From Eledone cirrhosa (Eukaryota): DNA of 64,000 bases. The stretch is from positions 100,254,001 to 100,318,000 of the forward strand of contig OZ024743.1 in the NCBI GenBank assembly GCA_964016885.1, written 5' to 3'. The position numbers and the translations under genes were made by a program. This document shows, in pieces, positions 54,151-64,000 of this stretch. The notes beneath the pieces are model-generated. The model saw only the letters and a list, made by a program, of their open reading frames with translations, did no database searches and was not told the DNA's origin. The first letter of the stretch is position 1. The number at the start of each line of letters is the position of its first letter.

Positions 54151-54657
54151 ATAATTATGTTTCATTTTGTTTTGTTCTTTTTAGAGAGAAACAGGTTTAA
54201 ACAAAAATAGTTCTGATGTCATATTTTTTTTGTTTAAATTTTCTTTGCATGTTTAAACATGAGTTACAGCTCACCAATGTTGTTCATTAACCATGTCAAT
54301 CTCATTGGTCTAGTGGAGAAGAGAGAGAGAGAGCTGTGAATGTGTACAGCCTCTTTCTCCAAACCAGGTGACACCCAGCTATCTAAGTCAGACTTCATTG
54401 AGCTGATCTTTAATCAGAGGCATTCCAGCTATAACCATCTCATCTTTTTTTTATTCATAGACACAGACACTTCTCAATGGTTAAGGTATTTCCTTTGCAA
54501 CTAACTGCTTCTGAATCCAGTTCCACTGTGTGGAGTGTGATTTAAGGAAACATTGGTTGCTATTTCTAGCAGTTTGAATAACCACATAGCTATTTTATTG
54601 GCTTCTAAAATATCTCAGATGTAGTGTGTGTTAATATGAAACATGTATTAGACCTAC

Positions 54658-54702
54658 CAAAATTGAGGTGTGCCATAGCATCTATGGCACACCTCAATTT
54701 TG
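54658..54702. repeat. Perfect hairpin, 21-bp arms, 3-nt loop
   Basis: CAAAATTGAGGTGTGCCATAG-CAT-CTATGGCACACCTCAATTTTG. Confidence 0.95.
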
Positions 54703-55693
54703 CCTTATAAACCATCAAATAAGGTAATTAAAAAATGCAATGTATTTTCTTAGAAATATTATCACAAAAGAGTTAAAGACTTTTTTACAGACTCAGTTAA
54801 ATATACATTTTATGATAGGATTTTGTCACCAACGAAGCAACTTTTTATTCATGAAAAAAAAAGTTATTTTATTTTGATATTTTAGTTGATTTTGAGGTTG
54901 GAGATTACTTGACACCTATTTTTAATGTTCAGGTGGATTTGAAGGGAGTGGGTTGATGATTTAGCAGACAAAGCTGGAAATATTGAAAATGAGAATGGTG
55001 GGTGTGCAATATATCACCGAGAAAAAAGAATACAAACAATAAATTGTGGAGGATGCTAGGAATAGAGCCAGAGGTAAATGTTGTGAAGAGAAATGAAATG
55101 AGATGTTTAGGTCATGTGTTGAGGAAGGATAAAAGTGACTGGGTGAGAGGAGAGATAGAAATGAATGTGAAAGGATGTAGAGGAAGGAGAAAAGAAGACA
55201 TGGTTAAAAATGAGACAGAGAAAGACCAAGAAAGACATGGCTAAAGGTGATGAAGGGGAATATGTCGGAGGATTATGAAGAGCAGTATAGGTGATAGGGG
55301 AAAATAAAGAAACCTTGTTATGAGGCCTGTAAGGCTAACTTCTGTTTTAACTGGAGAAATAGCCTTAAAATGTTTGTTATTGTGTTGTTTTGTTGTATGG
55401 ATTGGAAGGATCTGAAATTTCAGTTATTTGCCTGCATACTTGTTTTGCTCTTGAATTTCCATCCTTGCACTAAATGTAGTTTATAACTGTGTGATCTTTA
55501 ACAAACTTGTGCTAATTTTGTAAATCTGTGGTAGCAACCAAATTGCCTTAAAAACAGCAACCATGTTGAGAGAAGTAATTCATAGCTCAAGAATCAACAC
55601 CTAATAATTTGTTACTCATTGTGACTATATCAACTGTTTTTTCTTTCAATTCATTAGCTTGTTTATCTAATTATAATAATAATTCTTTTCCAG

Positions 55694-55811
55694 CTATCCA
55701 CCCCAAACATGGACTTGTCTGGACAGATGGAAAATCTGTTTTTCTAGCCCAAGTCAAGATTGTAAAAAATCAAATTCAACATGGAAAAGCTATTAAAATT
55801 AAGGGATTTGA
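55694..55811 (+). CDS. WDCP: Internal coding exon of WD repeat and coiled-coil containing protein (C2orf44 homolog)
   Basis: TTTTCCAG acceptor and GTAAGT donor. Encodes IHPKHGLVWTDGKSVFL...IKGF, versus the recalled vertebrate WDCP sequence VHPIHGLAWTDGNQVVL...IGQF. Confidence 0.85.
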
Positions 55812-57444
55812 GTAAGTAATTCATCCATTATCTTTTACATATACATTCATCATCATATGTCCGCAATTCCATACTTGCATGGATTAGACGGGTCTTTTTC
55901 AGCACAGCATCTCTCCACTCATCACGTTCCTTCGCTATCTCCTGTGTGAGATTCGGTGATTTAAGATCAGTTCTCACCACCTCCACCAGGCCTTCTTGGT
56001 CTTCCTCTACTGTGACTTTCCTCCACTCGTATTTCTTGACATGTCTTCACCCAGCTATTATCATCCATGCACATCACATGACCATACAAATGCAGTCTTT
56101 TTTCTTTCATCGCCACATTTCTAATGACATACACTGCATTGCAATTAACCAAGAATTTGGGGAGATTGATTAAAATTATTTCATTACTAAAATAATATTT
56201 GTTACATAACTTAACAAAAGGTTAATTATGTTGGAAGATTTTAATTTAAATAGGAGCCCTTTATAATGAGTTGTTTTGTTTCATAGAATCAGAGCCAGTT
56301 TTGGTCAGGTTGGTATCAAAAGGACAACTACTGATTTGTGAAGGTCTTGTGGTAAACTTACAATCATGATGTTGCAGGTTTGATCCCTGAACTGGGTTCT
56401 GTGTTGTATTTTTGAGGAAAATACTTCATTTCATGTTGCTCCAGTCACTTAGTTGAAAATGAGTACCCTGTCATGGACTGGCCTCCTGTCCAGAGGGAAG
56501 TCTTAGACTCTCAGTCACTTAATGCCACAGAAACTAGGATAAGCACCGGCCTGATGAGCCTCTAGGAGACAGACTTTAGAGACACCTACTGATAATGTAC
56601 TTCTGAATACACAATGATGCTAAACACCAACAACATATCAAACATTAATTCTAACAAATAAATATATGGAGGGGTATGGCAATATGTAATGATGTAAGCC
56701 CCACTTAGTGAACTAAGTTAGTGATCTAATTGAGTTCACCTTGCCTGCCTTCTTCTTGACCACCACCAGAATCATCATCATCATCACCGTTTTACGTCCA
56801 TTTTTTTCATGCTGGCATGGGTTAGACAAGTTGTCCTGTTGTGAACAATGCCAGGTCAGGTGACCATGTCTAGCTTATACAGAACTGATTCTGGCTTTGG
56901 CTTCTACAGCTGGATGCCCTTCCTAGCACCAACTCATTTTACAGTGAGTGCTTGGTGCTTTTTGTCATGAAACCACTTTACAGTGTGGGATGGCCACTTT
57001 TTGCTGTATCGCCATCATAACCACTTTACAGTGTGGGTTGGGCACTTTATGTATTTATCTCATCATAATCATCATTTTTACATTGACCCATACTGGCATG
57101 GGTTGGATGAGGCTTTTTTGAGGCAATGTTTTACAGCCACATGCCGCTTCCTGACACCAACTCTTTTAGTTGCTTCTTACAATGTGCATGTATACAGTGT
57201 ACCTATTCTAAACCAAGTACACACAACCTCATATATATGTGTGTGTTTGTGTATATCCTTCTGTGTATATCACCAAAGAATATAAATGTCATCAAGGGGA
57301 CAAAAACACTGATGCTCTTCTTTGCAATATGTGTTCATAGATACACTTCCTTTTTTCTCTTAACATCAGAAATGGAGTCAGCTAGATAAGTGTGATGTAA
57401 AACCTGTCATTAATGTCACCATTGTTCACCAACTGGGATAACAT

Positions 57445-57680
57445 AATAATGGTTTCTGATTTAGGCACAAAGCCAGAAGTTTGAAAGGGAGGGGAAAGTC
57501 GATTAAATCGACCTCAGTGCATTACTGGTACTTTATTTTATCAACCCCATAAGGATGAACAGCAAAGCTAGCCTCAACAGGATTTGAACTCAGAACGTAA
57601 AGGACCATAACTCTATGCTGCAAATCATGTTGTCCTACTCTCTATCGATACTGCCAATCCACTTCATAATAATAATAATA
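57445..57680 (-). mobile_element. Deu/Nin-like SINE
   Basis: Reverse complement of the 31788 and 33135 family. Confidence 0.82.
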
Positions 57681-57807
57681 AGTGGATATAACAGTGTATG
57701 TGTGTGTTTTAAATATCTAACATGACTCTAGCATGATGCAGTTGTAGTTTCAGTACATAATCTCCAATAAAAATTCTTTAACCCTTTCATTACGATTTTC
57801 TAATAAC

Positions 57808-58877
57808 AGTTCTCTGCCCCAAATGCAAACAATGGGTACACAAGAGATGTAGCGGGATCTCAGGAAGCTTAATTAAGAATGTAGGATTCACATGCAGCAG
57901 CTGTGCTGAAACAGCAAGCAGCAAACAGCCACAGGAAACAAGTACCACCAATCTCTGGGAGGGCCCTGTAGAAACAGTAGACAGCTTCTGCTACCTAGGT
58001 GACCGAATTAGCAGCGGAGGTGGGTGTTCAGAAAGTACAATAACTAGGGTAAGAACGGGATGGAAGAAGTTTAGGGAACTACTACCACTGCTAGCTGCAA
58101 AAGGCTTCTCCCTCAGAATGAAAGGCAGACTGTATGATGCGTGTATTCGAACAGCGATGTTGCATGGTAGTGAGACCTGGGCGCTGAAGGTGGAAGACTT
58201 ACGTAGATTAGAGAGAAACGAAGCCTGCATGCTCCGATGGATGTGTAACAGTAATATACGTGAACGACAAAGCATAAATGAATTGAGAGAGAGACTGAGC
58301 ATAAGAGGAATCAAATGCTGTGTGCAGGAGAGGCGGTTGCGCTGGTATGGACATGTGATGCGTATGAAGGATGACAGCTGCATAAAAAGGTGCAGAGCAC
58401 TAGAAGTTGATGGAAACCGCGGAGTGGGGAGACCCAAGATGACCTGGGATGAGGTGATAAAAGCCGACCATACCCAATTACACCTCTCAAAGACAATGAC
58501 ACACGACCGTGACTTCTGGCGTCACGCAGTAATACAGATACCCGACCTCCCATGGGTACATGCTGAAGCATATAGACAATATGCCCCCCCCCACCCCCAC
58601 CCCCACCGCAAGGTGGTCGTGGAGGTGCCACGGCAAAAAAGCACCCAGCCCACACTGTAAAGTGGACGTGTAGGCGCCACGAAAAAGCACCCAGCACTCA
58701 CTGTAAATGAGGTTGGTGTTAGGAAGGGCATCCAGCTGTAGAAATCAAGCCAGATCAGTTCCTGTATGAGCAAGGCATGGTCAGCCGACCAGACACTGCC
58801 CACAACAGGACAACCCGTCTAACCCATGCTAGCGTGGAAGAACGGACGTAAAACGGTGATGATGATGATGATGATGA
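57808..58877 (+). mobile_element. 5'-truncated RTE LINE, sister subfamily of the 34766 element, inserted in a MITE
   Basis: MKGRLYDACIRTAMLHGSETWAL...RWYGHVMRM, a distinct 3' UTR and a (GAT)n tail. The flanks rejoin as MITE family B. Confidence 0.92.
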
Positions 58878-59922
58878 GACACTGCCTGTGATGTTCAAAT
58901 CATTTTGAAAATAATCAAGAATTTGAAGGAATTTAATAAAATAACTAACTTTCTCATTTATCTGGTGTTTGGAACATAGCTTAAGGTTTCCAGATAACCA
59001 TAAATACTTTAAAACAGTTATATTTCATAAAACCAGGGGCAATTGCAGGTGGTATCAAAAAGGTTAGAAAAGTGCAACAAAGGAATGATATTTATAATCT
59101 ATTTTATTTATTTATGGTGCTTTTCCCATGTTGTTTATTAGCTAAGTCACATTTTCTCATGAGCAGCCTTGATTTTGTTGAAGCTAGGTTATTTTATGAA
59201 AGTGGTTGTTGACAAGTAAAGCATTTGACCTTACCTCTGCAGTATATGTAATGTTAGTGTACCTAAAACAATGCAACACAGATTAGTTGAAAGAAAATCT
59301 GGATAGGAGAAGAATCTAATAGAGCATGCAGGAGATAAGACTGTACTAGTATGGTCATGTAATCCATATGGATGGTGAGAATTAGACAAATAAATGCCAG
59401 ATGATCCAAGGTGAAAGTAGATGTTGAAGAAGAAAAACAAGAAATAGGCTGATGTTTGTGAAAGCTGATCTCAAGATACTAAACCACTTGAAGGAGATGA
59501 CAGATGAAAAAGACAAGTGTTGAGGTACTGTGTTAGAGGGGATCCATCCCATGGAAAAGATGATGTAAAATTGGTGATGTATGGCTAGATCCTCCATCAG
59601 TTTTAGTAATGATCATTCAGTTGTTCAATCAACTGGATGTCCTATTTGTTAGATTAACGTGTATATGGCTGAGTATTCCACAAACACATGCACTCAATGT
59701 AATTTTCAGTCCAAATCAACATGACACAATATATAACGTGGTTCGACGTGGTATACATGATATATGAATGTGTCTGTAAGAGATGGCAACATCAGTGGAC
59801 CTGTTATTTTTCTCTAAAAATAATTTTTTTGATTCCGCCCTGCCCATCCCTTCAATCTTCCTAATTTCTCATTCGTTCTTCTGTACTGTTTGTGTTGTTA
59901 TTTCTGTTTATCTTTTACATAA

Positions 59923-59986
<64 letters not shown>

Positions 59987-60041
59987 GTTTCTGAATTTGT
60001 TTAGCAAGACTCTTTATCTGAAAACGTGTGTTGAAACCGAT

Positions 60042-60552
60042 ATTGTTATACTTTGGGAGGGTCAATAAGAAACACACGCACCAGTTGCTTTCACTCCAAT
60101 TTATTATAAATTAAATTTATAAATTTAAGAATTTATAAATTTCCGGTTGGTTGGTTGGTTCCATAACCGGACGGTTGTTCATATATTGTCAAAGTTCTTT
60201 CGTCACACATTCTGTGACCTCTTCAGTGACTGGGGATTCTTTTCTTTGTTTTGTGCCTCTTCTTTGTTCTGTCCTACGCCATCTTGTTTTTGTGTGAAGA
60301 TGGCGTAGGACAGAACAAAGGAGAGGCACAAAACAAAGAAAAGAATCCCCAGTCACTGAAGAGGTCACAGAATGTGTGACGAAAGAACTTTGACAATATA
60401 TGAACACTCTTCCGGTTATGGAAACAACCAACCAACCAACCGGAAATTTATAAATTCTTAAATTTATAAATTTAATTTATAATAAATTGAAGTGAAAGCA
60501 ACTGGTGCGTGTGTTTCTTATTGGCAACATGACCCTCCCAAAGCATAACAAT
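60042..60552. repeat. Near-perfect ~510-bp palindrome (~245-bp arms, 11-nt spacer)
   Basis: The arms are reverse complements around GTTTTTGTGTG (~60286-60296) with only a few mismatches and indels. Confidence 0.97.
60352..60394 (+). ncRNA. Minimal type I hammerhead-like ribozyme (mirror copy at 60188-60230 on -)
   Basis: GTCA-CTGAAGA-G-GTCACA-GAATG-TGTGAC-GAAA-GAAC-TT-TGAC. Confidence 0.65.
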
Positions 60553-60559
60553 ATATATA

Positions 60560-61460
60560 CAGGGCGTTCGGGATAAATTTGACAGAATAATATTTGGTTG
60601 TTTTTTCAGATGTTTTAAATTCATTCATGCCCACTAGGCTTTATTTGAAAGTTTAAACCCTCCTTCATTCATATATGTGATGACAACGAGAATGGATGAC
60701 TGGGAGCCACCTGAATCATGGAAGAGAATAACTTGTATCATGATGATTCGCGCCGGCCATCAAAATAAGGAGATTATGGTCGCTGCTCAATGCTCCCTGA
60801 ACACTGTAAAAACAATCCGGCATGAACTGGAGAATTGCAATGGAGACTACGAGGCTGTGGCTAGAAGAAAGAAACATAACAGAAGATCTGATTGCTCTCG
60901 CACAGCAGAATTCCTCGAAAATTTGCAGAAAAAAGTGTTGGAGGACCCTGGCATCGGAATTCGGTCTTTGTCGCATGAATTGAAGCCCTGGATAACAAGG
61001 GTAGCCAATAATAGGCCGTATGTATGGCAGCTGGATTCGGCCCCCTGCCACACCTCGGGGAAAAGTCAAAAATGGTTGTCAGCCAAGTTTTACGACTACA
61101 CCAGTCCCAATGTTTGGCCTCCGAACTCCCCTGATCTTAACCCGATGGACTATTATGTATGGGGCGCTGTAGAGAAAGACATCAATCGCCGTGCCAGTAC
61201 TACAAAAGCCCAGTTAATCGACAGAATTAAAGTAGTTTTTGAGGGCCTTCCCAGGCAAAGTGTAAAATCAGGTTGCTCTAGGTTCCGGGCCCGGATTGAG
61301 GCTGTAATAGACGCTAATGGAGGTTATTTTGAGTAAAACTCTTTGACAATAGTGTAATTTCCTTCTCCATTGAATTTCTTTTAAACCAAATAAATTTTGT
61401 AGATACCAAGCACTTTTTCTTTTTCCTGATGAAACTGTCAAATTTATCCCGAACACCCTG
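60560..61460 (+). mobile_element. Internally deleted maT/DD37D (IS630-Tc1-mariner) transposon
   Basis: 26-bp TIRs CAGGG(C/T)GTTCGGGATAAATTTGACAG with one mismatch and a TA TSD. ORF 60677-61336 has 37 residues between the D of QLDSAP and the D of NPMDY. Confidence 0.92.
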
Positions 61461-61479
61461 TATATATATATATGTGTGT

Positions 61480-62030
61480 GCAGGGCAATAAAAATAGATG
61501 GTAGCCGCGGAGTAGGCAGACCCAGAAAAACCTGGGACGACTTGATAAATTCCGACCTCACACACTTACACCTCTCCAAGACAATGTCACTGGACCCAAA
61601 TCTTTGGCGCTACACAGTAATACAGAAGACCTGCCTTACCTAAGTACAAAGTGAAACCTACTACAGTCAGTAGGCACCTCTAACAAAATACACCCCGGCC
61701 CCACTACCCCCACCCTATCCACACCACCCCTTTCAATGTAAAGTTATGTTGGTACCACAGCATCCAGTCCGAAACAAATGAGGGTGTGTAGGTGTCACGA
61801 CAAAAAAAACACACAGTCCGCACTGTAATGTGGCCGTGTAGGTAACACGGTAAAAACCTCCCAGTCCACACTGTAAACGTGGTTGGTGTTAGGAAGGGCA
61901 TCCAGCTGTAGAAAACCTGCCAGACAGTCCTATGTGAGCAAGACAACCAATCTTGCTTCAAGTGGGAAAATTCCCGTCCAAACCCATGCTAGCGTGGAAG
62001 ATGGACGTTAAATGATGATGATGATGATGA
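61480..62030 (+). mobile_element. RTE 3' fragment
   Basis: Matches 37853-38522 and has a (GAT)n tail running into (TA)n. Confidence 0.93.
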
Positions 62031-62175
62031 TATATATATATATATATGTATGTATGTATGTATATATATGTATGTATTTATTGATACATATACATTCATA
62101 CATGCGTTCACATACTCTAAGTAACTCGTGTGAAATAATTATTGTTAATTGTTTTACTTTCAAAATCTCTTTTAG

Positions 62176-62336
62176 TTGTGTAACTAGTGTGCAATGGAGT
62201 CTGAAAAATGAAAGTGAGAGCTGCTACCTAAGTGTCTCGCACAAGGATGCTGTTTGTATCTGGAAAGTAGAAGGAGAGGTCCCTAAGCTGGAATTGAAAC
62301 AGATTCGTAAAATATGTGCAGAAGCCTTACCACAAG
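62176..62336 (+). CDS. WDCP: Next internal coding exon of the WDCP homolog
   Basis: TTTTAG acceptor and AG|GTAAGT donor, phase-compatible with the previous exon (GA+T = Asp). CVTSVQWS..YLSVSHKDAVCIW..ALPQG versus the recalled WDCP sequence CVCGLSW..LLAVQHEKHVTVW..ILPQG. Confidence 0.85.
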
Positions 62337-63843
62337 GTAAGTTTTATGTGGTGGAAAGTTTTATACAGTCTGGTATATCAAGCAGACTTATGATCAAATG
62401 CATTCCAACTATGACCATCCCATCTATTAGACAAAACAATTTACATCCTATGGTCCTTGCAAACTGTTTCTAAGAACCTTAATCCTTTCATTACCATATA
62501 TCTGCCTATTATTTTGAAAATAATCAAGGATCTGGAGTGATTTGGTAATGTAACTGACATTGTCATTAAGTTAGTGTTTGGATCATAACTTAACAGAGGT
62601 TCTTACATAATAATAGAACGTTTTTAGTTAAATATAATCACTTTAAAATAAACAGTTCTGTATCATAAAACTGGAAGTGGTTCCAGGCAGTTTGGTATCA
62701 ATTAAGAATAGTTGTACAGTGAAGAAAAGAGTTGATGATTAATATCATTTTACTCCTCCTAGCAAGTCTACTGCTAACCAAGCCAAAACCGACCCCAATA
62801 AAGTGTTCAAATTTGAATGCAAATCCTGGGCTTAAATCTCATTATTATATGGTCGGTAATATTACATTTCAGTAGTTAGATAATGAGTTGAAAGTTAGTT
62901 AACTAAAGTTTCTCATAATTATTGAATTCTTTGATAATTAAAACACAAAGGCAATATATTTTTGTTAGAAATATGGCAACAGAAAGGTTAGAGAAAAGTA
63001 CAGATTGGATGATGTAGTCCTGGGTACACTATGCCTAAGAAAAGACAGGATGGGCATGGCTAGATTCCTTTGATCATAGGTCTGCTGAATCAGGAACAAC
63101 TACCTCTGTTACTACTACTAAAACAATGCAATCACTATTACTGCTGTTACTTAAACATCATTTGTTACTGTTGCTACTACTACTACTACTACTACAAATA
63201 ACCACCACCACCACCAATTTTAAGTACTTAATAAGAGACTATTTGGTGAGTTATTAAGCCTTAGTAGTAGCCTATATAGTCTAACTAGGTTTCATCCTAC
63301 TTCTGAGGACAATAAACCCCTTTCTGTTCTACTCAGCCATGACCCATGCTCTTTGGTGGTAGTAGTAGTAGTAGTAGTGGTGGTGATGATGGTGGTGGTG
63401 GTAGTGCTTGTGGTAGTAGTAGTAGTAGTAATGGTGGTGGTGGTGGTAAGAAAAAGAAGAATACATCTAAAGTTAATATTCACCCACCCCCACCTCTTCC
63501 ACCACAACCACCACTCCACTGTTATTATTTAACCCCAGGTCAATCCTGATCCAGCAGGCATATGATCAAAGATATTCCAATCATTATCACCTTCTCTTTT
63601 TTATTTCAGGCATGATTTACCCCAAGCTACATTATTTATTTTGGCCCTTTCGAATTTCTAATGAAATACACCATATCTGAATTAATTAATGAAAAATTTT
63701 GAAGAATTTATTAAAATTATTAAAATAGTATTTGTAACATAACTTAAGGTTATCAAATTATTTTAGAAGATTTAAATTTAAATAAGAATCTTTTAAAATG
63801 AATAGAATCAGAGGCGGTTTTAGGTAGGTTGGTATTGAAAGGT

Positions 63844-64000
63844 TTAACCCTTTAGCATTTACATTACTCCATATATACTATTATATTTTTCTGGTAAAGG
63901 CTTTATCTTACATAATTATCTCACATAACATTGAATCTACGAGATTTTGATGTTATTTATTTTTAGAACAATACCATAACATCAGTATGAGTGGCAAGTT
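63844..64000. mobile_element. piggyBac-type MITE family A, truncated by the window end
   Basis: TTAA-CCCTTTAGCATTTAC start, same body as 5496 and 49698. Confidence 0.8.

Noticed and set aside
60189-60431. 80-aa ORF across the palindrome
   Set aside because: It is a by-product of the inverted repeat, with no recognisable domain or splice context.
63160-63520. Poly-Thr/Ser/Gly ORFs and complementary (ACT/ACC) versus (AGT/GGT) tracts
   Set aside because: These are simple trinucleotide microsatellites with no evidence of coding function.

Overview
This is repeat-dense, AT-rich animal genomic DNA. The repeat content (tRNA-derived CORE-like and Deu/Nin-like SINEs, RTE LINEs with (GAT)n tails, kilobase (TA)n arrays) suggests an octopus or other cephalopod, which is an inference. 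The only host gene I recognise is WDCP (C2orf44-like) on the + strand: two phase-compatible exons at 55694-55811 and 62176-62336, plus a speculative first exon at 5285. The rest is mobile DNA. It includes an intact RTE LINE ORF with a PHD-like finger, a second decayed RTE family, Tx1/L1, CRE and CR1-like relics, three Penelope-like element (PLE) coding fragments, non-autonomous Helitrons, piggyBac- and mariner-type MITEs, an internally deleted DD37D (maT) transposon, a Tc1 relic and a tRNA-Val pseudogene. The most notable unexplained structure is a set of about 10 minimal hammerhead-ribozyme-like motifs. Some lie in PLE terminal repeats, two have a variant core with covarying stems, and others sit in head-to-head fold-back elements, including a ~510-bp near-perfect palindrome. 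All calls come from reading the sequence by eye; no searches were run and element boundaries are approximate.
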